Shown here in pieces: positions 9,551 to 17,253 of a stretch of DNA of 60,012 bases (within the stretch, counting starts at the first letter, position 1; the number at the start of each line of letters is the position of its first letter). A program made the position numbers and the translations under genes. Location: the IMG/VR virus record IMGVR_UViG_3300037099_000042, positions 1 through 60,012 of that record. One strand, given 5' to 3'. This DNA comes from a virus. Lineage: Duplodnaviria > Caudoviricetes. The notes beneath the pieces are model-generated. The model was not told the DNA's origin. It did not search any database and saw only the letters and a list, made by a program, of their open reading frames with translations.

Positions 9551-10986
9551 ATAAAATCTTTCGCGGCATGCTGAGGCCATCCGCGTTTATAGCCCCGGCT
9601 TCTTGCAATCATTTTTAATCTATCGACTTTACCTCCTGCCCGCTCCAGCAGGGCTCGCCACTCGGCGCCGCTCGCCAGCGCCAGATCGATCCCTCCGGCC
9701 CACGCCAGCGGGTCTTCTCGCTTCGTCAGCCGGCCGCCGACACATTCCGGTGGAGCAATTGGTTCGCCACCGCCTTCGCGCTTCATCGGGCAGTCGTCGC
9801 AGGCTGCGCCGCAGTCCACCGCCTGACCGGCGGGGAAAATCTGGTAGCACTTCTTGCACTGACAGATACTGGCCGCGGTATGGCGTTTTGCCCTGCCATC
9901 GAGCGTCCATGCGCGGGGATCATCCGGCATGCCGAACCGCTCGACGTTTCCGACGTGATCGAGGATCACCGCGCGAGAACCATCGGATTTAGGCCGGAGC
10001 GCACGCCCTACCTGCTGGAGAAACATCGAGAGCGATCGGGTTGGCCGCAGCAAGATCGCCCCGGCGCAAACCGGAATATCGGTGCCCTCAGAAACCACGT
10101 CGCAGGAGGTGAGGACGTTCAGGCGTCCGTCTGCCAGGGCGGCGATACGGTCCCGGCGCGTTGTCCGGTCCATCGCGCCGTCGACCGACGCAGCCCGATA
10201 TCCGGCGGCACGGAATGTCTCGGCGACGTGCTCGGCGTGGGCGACGGTGACGCAGAACGCGAGTGCAGGTCGGCCACCCAGATGATCCCGATAGTGGTCG
10301 ACGGCGTCTCCGGTGATGGTCGCCCGATCCATGGCGTCGGCCAGGTCGCCGATTTTGTAGTCTCCCATGGCGGTTCCGACACCCGAGATATCGGCGATCG
10401 GCGGCGGCGCGAAATAGTCGAACGCGGCGAGATGGCCGGACCCGATCAGCGACCGGACGGACGGCCCGATTACCATGGCGTCGAAAACGTCGCCAAGACC
10501 GCGGCCATCGAGGCGTTCTGGTGTTGCTGTGACGCCGAGTACCTTGGCGGATGACCAGCGGTCCAGGATTTCGAGGTAAGTTTTACTCGGAGAGTGATGA
10601 GCTTCGTCTACAACCATAAGAGTAGGCGCCGCCATGCGATCGAGCCGCCGGCCAACCGTCTGAATCATCGCGACCTGTACCGGATCATCGGTATGCGTCC
10701 TACCCGGCATGATCAATCCATGCTGCACTCCGAACGCATCGAGCGCCCGGCTGATCTGATCGACAATCTCCTGCCTGTGCGCGACAATGGTGACGGTATT
10801 TCCGCGCGATGACGCCCCGAGTGCAATGTATGTCAGAACCACGGTTTTCCCGCTGCCGGTGGGGCTAACCGCCAGCACTCGGCGCTTCCGTGCGCCGAAC
10901 TCGGCGCGGACCCGCTGCACCAGGTCGTCCTGATAGCTGCGGAGTTTGACTCCAGCCATCGCCCCGGACACAATCGTCCCGTCCAT
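9535..10986 (-). CDS. SF2 (DEAH/ResIII-like) helicase; last codons replaced by IS sequence
   Basis: LRSYQ, PTGSGKT, DEAHH, TATP.RLDG, QQVGRALR. Confidence 0.93.
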   Translation of the reverse strand: MDGTIVSGAMAGVKLRSYQDDLVQRVRAEFGARKRRVLAVSPTGSGKTVVLTYIALGASSRGNTVTIVAHRQEIVDQISRALDAFGVQHGLIMPGRTHTDDPVQVAMIQTVGRRLDRMAAPTLMVVDEAHHSPSKTYLEILDRWSSAKVLGVTATPERLDGRGLGDVFDAMVIGPSVRSLIGSGHLAAFDYFAPPPIADISGVGTAMGDYKIGDLADAMDRATITGDAVDHYRDHLGGRPALAFCVTVAHAEHVAETFRAAGYRAASVDGAMDRTTRRDRIAALADGRLNVLTSCDVVSEGTDIPVCAGAILLRPTRSLSMFLQQVGRALRPKSDGSRAVILDHVGNVERFGMPDDPRAWTLDGRAKRHTAASICQCKKCYQIFPAGQAVDCGAACDDCPMKREGGGEPIAPPECVGGRLTKREDPLAWAGGIDLALASGAEWRALLERAGGKVDRLKMIARSRGYKRGWPQHAAKDFIQSRA

Positions 10987-11197
10987 CGGCTAATCCCCCC
11001 ATGGTCGCCGGCGGCACCGGGTTGGCCTGCGAAACTCGCCCGGTGCCGCCGTGTTTTATTATTCCGGCTGTTGCAGCCCAACCCGCGGTTTCCATCGCAC
11101 GCACGGCCTCGACCAGGTTAATGGCCTCGACTTGATCAATTCCAGCAGGGCGGAGCCGATCGATCAGCCGCACCAGGCGCAGTGCGATAGGGGTCAT
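10865..11197 (-). CDS. Hypothetical protein
   Basis: ORF from MTPIAL coupled to the upstream stop; 3' end overlaps the helicase so the extent is uncertain. Confidence 0.35.
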   Translation of the reverse strand: MTPIALRLVRLIDRLRPAGIDQVEAINLVEAVRAMETAGWAATAGIIKHGGTGRVSQANPVPPATMGGLADGRDDCVRGDGWSQTPQLSGRPGAAGPRRVRRTEAPSAGG

Positions 11198-11505
11198 CAC
11201 GGTGCATACTCCAACGTCGGCTTCCCGGTATTCGCCCAATCCCAAATAAACCAAGAAAAATTATGACGCGGCGACGTCTTTGTGTCTGAAAACCACCGCG
11301 GACGTTTAGTCAGAACCAACTTCATCTTAAACACTGGCAAGGTGAAAAGGTCTTTGCGACCGCTCGCGCAGTCCCATTCGTGGCGCAGCAGCATACCGCA
11401 CGAATTGTTCAGCTTTGTCGTATGGCGGATTAGTGATGATAGAAAACATCCCGGAAAAAGCAGGATACGGGTTAGTCCTGAGAAAGTCCGCGGACTCGAT
11501 GACAA
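11197..11505 (-). pseudogene. DNA adenine methyltransferase remnant
   Basis: DFL...IITNPPYDKAEQFVRYA in one frame and MLLRHEWD...RPRW...SPRHNFSWFIWDW in another; N-terminal SAM-binding part absent. Confidence 0.75.
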
Positions 11506-11627
11506 GATCGCGCCAATCGCAACCGCACCCGCCGCAGCCAGTCCTAGAAACCCGACGCACACGGCGACCAGCAGCAGCCCGGTAATCGGCTCGTCTTATG
11601 GGTCGCGCGGTCGGCGCCAGTAGTTGC

Positions 11628-11825
11628 TCATGCTGCTGCGTCTCCCCGGCATTCCGCACACACGCGGTCCTGCCCGCGCTGGGCAACGGTCTCGACGGTC
11701 AGGCCGCAGGAAATGCGGCATCCGCTGTTGCGCAGACGGTCGATTGTGCGAGCGAACTCGTCGACGCAGGACGAACCGGCGGGACCGCCGCATTCGTCGC
11801 GGGCTAGGCAAGGTTGGCAGGTCAT
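11628..11825 (-). CDS. Small Cys-rich hypothetical protein
   Basis: GAAAGGA RBS; CxxC motifs; ATGA overlap with the next ORF. Confidence 0.5.
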   Translation of the reverse strand: MTCQPCLARDECGGPAGSSCVDEFARTIDRLRNSGCRISCGLTVETVAQRGQDRVCAECRGDAAA

Positions 11826-12039
11826 GAGGCGTTTCCTTTCAAGGTTAGGGAATGGGTAGGGGATTGGGATTGGCGTATGCACTCTCAAGACGCGACCGCT
11901 CGGCATCCCGCCCATCGGGAGTCCCCTGGCTCTGGTGGGAAGTGGCGTCGGGGGCCGGTACTGCGTCCGTGGTGGACCCCGCCCCGGCCGGCGGGCGGTA
12001 TCTGATAGCGTGCGCGGAGCACGGGATTGTAGTTGCTGG

Positions 12040-12978
12040 TCATTCGCATAAACCGTAGCTGCTGGAGCAGAGCGGCGCCGGGACGGACTTCAGCAGATCG
12101 TATTGTACCCCCCCCCTCGAAGTCTTGGCCCACTCGACCATGGTGCGGATATTGGAGTGCTGGAAAGCATGCTCGTCATCGCCTCCATCGGCACCGGCGT
12201 GGTGCAGCAGCGTCGATCGGCCCCGCTTACTCGCCGATCCGACCAGCCGCTCCCACTCGGCCACTCGCTCAACTTCGGCCGGGAACCGCTTGGCGATTTC
12301 GTGTAACTCGTCCTTGGCGACGTTAATGCAGGGCATGCAGCCGACGCGGCGCATGCCGAGCGAATAGAGCGGATTTAGACGCACGCCGCGGGAGCGGATG
12401 AACTTAACCACCTCATTGGCGGTCCACGCCGCGATGGGCCGCTCGATCCACCAGCCCTCGGCGCTAAACTCCCGATCCAGCGCGTCGGCGCGATTTCGGC
12501 TCTCGTCGCGTCGGATGCCCTGCCAGGACTCCGGCGTCTGGCCGGCGGCCATCAAATCGAGCATGCGCGCATCGAGCGGCCGGCGCTTCAGCTCCTGGGT
12601 GCAGAACTGCGCCATCCGGCTCGGGAAGCGCCCCTTCATCATGCACAAATCAAGAAACGGAACGCCGGTCGGGTGAAGAACCGCAATGGCGCGCGCGCAG
12701 ACATCGGCAGGGACGCCTTTGCCAGGCCATTTCTCGGCGATGTACCGGCGCTTGCGCTCCATGTCGGCCGTGAAGTCGGCCTTCACCGTCTCGACCCTGA
12801 CGCCGAAATCATCCTGGAAGGCACCAAACAGATATTCGAGGGTCAACGGCGATTCGTGCCCAGTGTCCGCGAACACGAACCGGCAGCGGTCACGGCCAAA
12901 GCGGTCCAGCGCCAGCAAAGCAGTCGCGGTGCTGTCCTTGCCACCGGAGACGGAGACGACGGCGATCGGGTCGGCCAT
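12040..12978 (-). CDS. PAPS reductase family (PP-loop) protein
   Basis: SVSGGKDS, FADTGHE, CTQELK, GIRRDESRNRA, RVGCMPC, C-terminal CSSSYGLCE. Confidence 0.9.
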   Translation of the reverse strand: MADPIAVVSVSGGKDSTATALLALDRFGRDRCRFVFADTGHESPLTLEYLFGAFQDDFGVRVETVKADFTADMERKRRYIAEKWPGKGVPADVCARAIAVLHPTGVPFLDLCMMKGRFPSRMAQFCTQELKRRPLDARMLDLMAAGQTPESWQGIRRDESRNRADALDREFSAEGWWIERPIAAWTANEVVKFIRSRGVRLNPLYSLGMRRVGCMPCINVAKDELHEIAKRFPAEVERVAEWERLVGSASKRGRSTLLHHAGADGGDDEHAFQHSNIRTMVEWAKTSRGGVQYDLLKSVPAPLCSSSYGLCE

Positions 12979-12981
12979 CCC

Positions 12982-13296
12982 TCAGCACTCCACGCCGTCG
13001 ACATCGTCACCGTCGCTCGGCGGAATGTAATCGGCCGGCGCATCGATCACGGTCGGCTGGCAGTCTGGTGATGGCGCATGGGGGCATTCCGCAGTCTGGC
13101 GCTCGAAGAGAACGTCATCAAGTTGGACGCCTTTCGCAGCCGCCAGCTTGGAGAGCCGCGGGATGTGGCGAGTTGGAATGGCACCGCGAGTTTTCCATAC
13201 CCAGATCATATTGGGACCAACGCCCAAGGCATTCGCCAGGGATTGGCGCCCTCCGAGTTCCGTGACCAGCCGGTCAATGTGCGTGATCGTTTCCAT
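12982..13296 (-). CDS. Cro-like HTH transcriptional regulator
   Basis: LGGRQSLANALGV...WKTRGAIP; first gene after a promoter/operator. Confidence 0.75.
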   Translation of the reverse strand: METITHIDRLVTELGGRQSLANALGVGPNMIWVWKTRGAIPTRHIPRLSKLAAAKGVQLDDVLFERQTAECPHAPSPDCQPTVIDAPADYIPPSDGDDVDGVEC

Positions 13297-13301
13297 GCCC
13301 T

Positions 13302-13331
13302 AACCTACTTGCGTAACGCAAGCTTCGTCAA
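13302..13331 (-). promoter_or_regulatory. Promoter TTGACG-N18-TAGGTT with operator CTTGC-N5-GCAAG (13308-13322)
   Basis: Palindrome lies between -35 and -10; ATG 5 nt after -10 suggests a leaderless mRNA. Confidence 0.6.
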
Positions 13332-13348
13332 GCTCGTTTTTGTCCAGT

Positions 13349-14185
13349 CTAATGCAGCGACAATTCCGGCTCATCGGGCTTGGCGCGGCGCTTTGGCTTC
13401 CCCGTTACCGCGTTCGGACCCAACACCAGCGCCAGCTTCGCTAACCCGGCCGGTGTAACCATCACTTGCTCGACCACCTTGTCGCCGCCATTCACGGTAT
13501 CAGCCACCGTCTTGACTTTGTGCTCAATGTAGCCTTGCCGGATCACATCATGGTGCGCCATCCAATTCTTGTTTCCGTTCCGCCGAAAGGTCCATTTGTT
13601 GGCGTGCAGCCAGTCAAACAGGTCCTTGATCCGGGTGCATTGAAGCGCCTTATCTGCCTCTGACACGCTCATAGAGCCGGTGGCGCTGGCGATCCGATCG
13701 AACCCATCAACCTTCGGCTTGGCGTGCTCAACGAGCCTCTCAGCCGTGAGAGCGCGGCGTTCCGCATCGATTCTCTTGCCGACGTGATCGGCCAGAAGCT
13801 GCTGGAGCACCTTCGGGTCCGAAAGGTCGGGCAGGGCGACGGGGCCGCGCAGCGCCTCTTCCATGGCGCTGAAGCGAGCCAGATAGGCCAGTTTGAAGCG
13901 AATCGCCTTCTGACCGTCATACCCCATGACCAGCAATGTGAATCCGTCCCTGGTCATATCAAAGGTGCGGCGCTCTATCCCATTCCCGTCAGGCGCTGCC
14001 TGTTCGGCGAAGAGCGAACTCCCCAAATCTGGGGAGTCTATTTGTTTCAACATGTTATCGATGTCGCGCAACACGTGATCGTGCCGCTTTTCAAAGAACG
14101 CCGCCACGTCGCGGCTGTTGGCGTAGATCGCCCCTTCCCGCTCAAAGACCACCGGTTCGTCACCGGCCGCAATGCTGTTCGCCAT
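13349..14185 (-). CDS. Rha-family regulator with C-terminal antirepressor (ANT/KilA-C) domain
   Basis: NSRDVAAFFEKRHDHVLRDI, MTRDGFTLLVMG (Rha); KPKVDGFDRI...VTPAGL (ANT). Confidence 0.9.
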   Translation of the reverse strand: MANSIAAGDEPVVFEREGAIYANSRDVAAFFEKRHDHVLRDIDNMLKQIDSPDLGSSLFAEQAAPDGNGIERRTFDMTRDGFTLLVMGYDGQKAIRFKLAYLARFSAMEEALRGPVALPDLSDPKVLQQLLADHVGKRIDAERRALTAERLVEHAKPKVDGFDRIASATGSMSVSEADKALQCTRIKDLFDWLHANKWTFRRNGNKNWMAHHDVIRQGYIEHKVKTVADTVNGGDKVVEQVMVTPAGLAKLALVLGPNAVTGKPKRRAKPDEPELSLH

Positions 14186-14244
14186 GATGCTTGCTCCTAT
14201 CGACGCCAGCCCATCGGCTGGCTATGTCGCACCATAACAAGAAA

Positions 14245-14298
14245 CTTGCAAAACGCAAGCGAAAGGTTATTGACAGCTTGCAGCGCGCAAGCCACAAT
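14245..14298 (+). promoter_or_regulatory. Rightward promoter TTGACA-N17-CACAAT with two CTTGC-N5-GCAAG operators
   Basis: -35 at 14270-14275, -10 at 14293-14298; palindromes at 14245-14259 and 14277-14291. Confidence 0.7.
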
Positions 14299-14446
14299 CC
14301 CTGACATCAACCCCGGCCAAGCGCCGGCCAGCCCCACGCAGACCCCCTAGCCAGCTACAGCCTCCGGGCCGACTGACGCAGCAGGGCGACCAAAGCAAGG
14401 GGACGGGCCGGCGGCGGTTTGGGGAACACAAAGCGGAGATATCAAC

Positions 14447-14719
14447 GTGAGTGACAGCAGCGAAATCCGGATCGTCATCGCCCAGCGCGGATGGGTGTTT
14501 GTCGGCAAGTACAGCACCGATGGCGATGATGTTGTGATCAGTGGTGGGTCCGTTATCCGCCGATGGGGAACGACAAGAGGAATCGGAGAGATTGCAGCCA
14601 ATGGGCCGACCAAGAGCACGATTCTCGACGCCAGCCCCGATATCTGGATTCACAAGCTATCGGTAGTCGCCTCGATCGTCGCCAATGCCGAGAAGTGGGC
14701 AAACTATGTTGTCCGGTGA
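14447..14719 (+). CDS. Small beta-rich protein, Sm/LSm-like type A (DUF6948-like)
   Basis: GGAG RBS and GTG start; IVIAQRGWVFVG...IRRWGT..G.GEIA..GP; family recalled, not searched. Confidence 0.7.
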   Translation: MSDSSEIRIVIAQRGWVFVGKYSTDGDDVVISGGSVIRRWGTTRGIGEIAANGPTKSTILDASPDIWIHKLSVVASIVANAEKWANYVVR

Positions 14720-14819
14720 TGGCGAAAGCCATGCCTTGACCGGCGACGGAAACGGCGACGGCTACGGCGGCGGCGACGGCTACGGAAACGACTACGGAAA
14801 CGGCTTCGGAAACGGATGA
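14706..14819 (+). CDS. Gly-X dipeptide-repeat peptide (37 aa)
   Basis: MLSGDGESHALTGDGNGDGYGGGDGYGNDYGNGFGNG*; overlaps the upstream gene end. Confidence 0.55.
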   Translation: MLSGDGESHALTGDGNGDGYGGGDGYGNDYGNGFGNG

Positions 14820-15067
14820 ATGTCATGGACTGGATCGAAATCGAGCAAAACGGAAACGGCGACGGCATAGGCTACGGAAACGGCGACGGAAGCGGAAAAG
14901 GAAACGGCGACGGAAGCGGATACGTTTCAGGCGCAGGAAACGGCGCAGGAAACGGCTACGGAGACAACGACGGAGACGGCGCCGGCGCAGGCTACGGAGA
15001 AAACGACGGAGACGGAAAAGGAAACGGCTACGGAAACGACTACGGAAACGGCTTCGGAAACGGATGA
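14816..15067 (+). CDS. Gly-X dipeptide-repeat peptide (83 aa)
   Basis: ATGA overlap; GGM-NAC hexamer repeats. Confidence 0.6.
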   Translation: MNVMDWIEIEQNGNGDGIGYGNGDGSGKGNGDGSGYVSGAGNGAGNGYGDNDGDGAGAGYGENDGDGKGNGYGNDYGNGFGNG

Positions 15068-15183
15068 ATGTCATGGACTGGATCGAAATCGAGCAAAACG
15101 GAAACGGCGACGGCATAGGCTACGGAAACGGCGACGGAAACGGTTACGGCTACGGCTACGGCTACGGCTACAGAAAAGGGTAA
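15064..15183 (+). CDS. Gly-X dipeptide-repeat peptide (39 aa)
   Basis: MNVMDWIEIEQNGNGDGIGYGNGDGNGYGYGYGYGYRKG*; ATGA overlap. Confidence 0.55.
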   Translation: MNVMDWIEIEQNGNGDGIGYGNGDGNGYGYGYGYGYRKG

Positions 15184-15187
15184 AATC

Positions 15188-15526
15188 ATGGACATCAACG
15201 AACTTACGATCGGACAAGCGAAAGAACTTGCCGCACTGTTGAATACTGGATCTACAAAAAACGGCGCTCATGCCTGGGAAATCGGGAAAAACTACCTCAT
15301 CCGAACAGTGACCATGATCGACACTGGCCGACTGGTGTTGGTGACCGAGCAGGAGCTGGTGCTGGACGAAGCCTCATGGATCGCCGACACCGGGCGCTTT
15401 AGTGATGCGTTAGAGACGTCGAATTTCACCGAAGTGGAGCCGTTCCCGAACGGTCGGGTTATCATCGGACGCGGCGCAATCATTGACGCTGTGTTGCTCC
15501 ACGATTTGCCCAGGAGCCAGAAATGA
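15188..15526 (+). CDS. Sm/LSm-like protein type B, copy 1 (DUF6948-like)
   Basis: IGKNYLIRT...TGRLV...ELVLDEA resembles Sm1; GRVIIGRGAIID resembles Sm2. Confidence 0.75.
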   Translation: MDINELTIGQAKELAALLNTGSTKNGAHAWEIGKNYLIRTVTMIDTGRLVLVTEQELVLDEASWIADTGRFSDALETSNFTEVEPFPNGRVIIGRGAIIDAVLLHDLPRSQK

Positions 15527-15882
15527 TCGCCGCAGTTTCTCGCGCAGGAGTTGATTCTGCATGGTCGGGGTCGCGTTCGGGTTCGGGTTCGGGGTCGTGG
15601 TCGGGGTCATGGTCATGGTCGGGAGCATGGTCGTGGTCGCGGTCGGGGTCGCGGTCGTGGTCGGGTTCGGGTTCGGTGTCGCGGTCGGGGGCGCGGTCGT
15701 GGTCATGGTCGGGTTCGGTGGCGGGTTCGGTGGCGCGGTCGTGGTCGGGTTCGGGTTCGGTGGCGGGGTCGCGGTCGCTGGCGCGGTCGCGGTCGGGTTC
15801 GCGGTCGCTGGCGCGGTCGCGGTCGTGGTCGGGTTCGGTGTCGGGGTCGAATGCCGAGAAGTGGGCAAACTATGTTCGGTGA
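15523..15882 (+). CDS. Ser-X (SG/SW/SR) dipeptide-repeat protein
   Basis: ATGA overlap; TCG-NGG hexamer repeats; ends in a copy of the type A C-terminus NAEKWANYVR. Confidence 0.55.
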   Translation: MIAAVSRAGVDSAWSGSRSGSGSGSWSGSWSWSGAWSWSRSGSRSWSGSGSVSRSGARSWSWSGSVAGSVARSWSGSGSVAGSRSLARSRSGSRSLARSRSWSGSVSGSNAEKWANYVR

Positions 15883-16129
15883 TGGCGAAAGCCCCGCCTT
15901 GACCGGCTACGGAAGAAACGGCGACGGCGACGGCTGCGGCTGCGGCTGCGGCTCCGGCGACGGAAACGGCTACGGCCACGGCGACAGCGACGGAAACGGC
16001 GACGGCTACAGGGACGTCTACGGCGACGGCTACGGCTACGGAACCGGCTACGGAAAAGGCGGCGGCGACGGCTACGGCGACGGAAACGGTTACGGCTACG
16101 GCTACGGCTACGGCTACAGAAAAGGGTAA
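15872..16129 (+). CDS. Gly-X dipeptide-repeat peptide (85 aa)
   Basis: MFGDGESPALTG... is paralogous to the 14706 start; ends GYGYRKG like 15064. Confidence 0.55.
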   Translation: MFGDGESPALTGYGRNGDGDGCGCGCGSGDGNGYGHGDSDGNGDGYRDVYGDGYGYGTGYGKGGGDGYGDGNGYGYGYGYGYRKG

Positions 16130-16133
16130 AATC

Positions 16134-16472
16134 ATGGACATCAACGAACTTACGATCGGACAAGCTAAAGAACTTGCCGCACTGTTGAATACTGGATCTA
16201 CAAAAAACGGCGATCATGCCTGGGAAATCGGGAAAAACTACCTCATCCGCACCGTTACCATGATCGACACTGGCCGACTGGTGGCTGTGACCGAGCAGGA
16301 GTTGGTCCTCGAAGATGCCGCATGGATCGCCGACACCGGGCGTTTTAGTGATGCGTTGAAGACGTTGAATTTCACCGAAGTGGAGCCGTTCCCGAACGGT
16401 CGGGTAATCGTCGGACGTGGCGCAATCATTGACGCTGTGTTGCTCCACGATTTGCCCAGGAGCCAGAAATGA
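16134..16472 (+). CDS. Sm/LSm-like protein type B, copy 2
   Basis: Differs from 15188..15526 at 8 of 112 residues. Confidence 0.75.
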   Translation: MDINELTIGQAKELAALLNTGSTKNGDHAWEIGKNYLIRTVTMIDTGRLVAVTEQELVLEDAAWIADTGRFSDALKTLNFTEVEPFPNGRVIVGRGAIIDAVLLHDLPRSQK

Positions 16473-16582
16473 TCGCCGCAGTTTCTCGCGCAGGAGTTGA
16501 TTCTGCGTGGTCGCGGTCGTGGTCGTGGTCGCGGTCGTGGTCGTGGTCGCGGTCGGGATCGTGGTCGCGGTCGGGATCGTAA
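16469..16582 (+). CDS. Ser-X dipeptide-repeat peptide (37 aa)
   Basis: MIAAVSRAGVDSAWSRSWSWSRSWSWSRSGSWSRSGS*; ATGA overlap. Confidence 0.55.
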   Translation: MIAAVSRAGVDSAWSRSWSWSRSWSWSRSGSWSRSGS

Positions 16583-16610
16583 TTTCACCGATTGATCTGG
16601 AGGTTGCGCC

Positions 16611-16964
16611 ATGAGCTGGATCGAAATCGAGCAAAACAGCATCGTCATTGCCGGCTTGGAAATCGAAATCGATGTTCGCGCCGCCGGCTCCTACAGCCCA
16701 GGCTATCGCGGCGCTTGCGATCGCTATCAGCAGATCGAACCCGACGAGCCTGCATCGTTTGAGGTCAGCGCCGTCGAGTTTCGGACCAGCAAGCGGGACG
16801 CCACAACCAATGCGTGGGTTCCAACCAGCGACTGGCAAAGCATTCCGGTGGTCATGCTGCTGCCGGAGCACATGACCGCCATCGCCGACCAGTGCATCGC
16901 CTACCACCAGGATATGGACCAACGATCCCGCGAAGACGAGGCTGAAGCCCGGAGGGCAGCATGA
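16611..16964 (+). CDS. Hypothetical protein
   Basis: GGAGG RBS; coupled to the downstream ORF. Confidence 0.7.
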   Translation: MSWIEIEQNSIVIAGLEIEIDVRAAGSYSPGYRGACDRYQQIEPDEPASFEVSAVEFRTSKRDATTNAWVPTSDWQSIPVVMLLPEHMTAIADQCIAYHQDMDQRSREDEAEARRAA

Positions 16965-17155
16965 TGACCAGCGGAGACCACCAGCTTTCGGCGAACGCCG
17001 TCATGGAAGCTGCATTACGCAAGATCGCATACAAGCTCGACCAAAGCTACGGTCAGTTCAAGGACTCAGTCCCAAGGCTTTGCGCCGAAGATATTGCGGA
17101 GTCCTATACGATAGCCAGGGAAGCCATCGACGCACTAGAAACAGCGAGACGGTAA
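16961..17155 (+). CDS. Hypothetical protein
   Basis: ATGA overlap; GGAGG RBS. Confidence 0.6.
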   Translation: MMTSGDHQLSANAVMEAALRKIAYKLDQSYGQFKDSVPRLCAEDIAESYTIAREAIDALETARR

Positions 17156-17167
17156 ATAGTACAGAAT

Positions 17168-17253
17168 GCGCGCTTGGCGAAATAGGTAGACGCATCGGAC
17201 TTAAAATCCGATTCCTCATGGAGTGCTCGGTTCGAGTCCGGCAGCGCGCACCA
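17168..17253 (+). tRNA. tRNA-Leu, anticodon TAA
   Basis: Acceptor GCGCGCT/AGCGCGC; anticodon arm TCGGA-CTTAAAA-TCCGA; long variable arm; GGTTCGAGTCC; A discriminator and encoded CCA. Confidence 0.93.

Noticed and set aside
14720-16582. CRISPR array or mini-array for the TnpB/Cas12-like proteins
   Set aside because: The repeats are degenerate hexamers without constant repeat plus unique spacer structure, and no cas genes are present
15410-16922. Minus-strand Val-Ala/Pro-Thr/Arg-Ser repeat ORFs
   Set aside because: Reverse readings of the hexamer tracts; promoter, RBSs and ATGA coupling all support the plus strand
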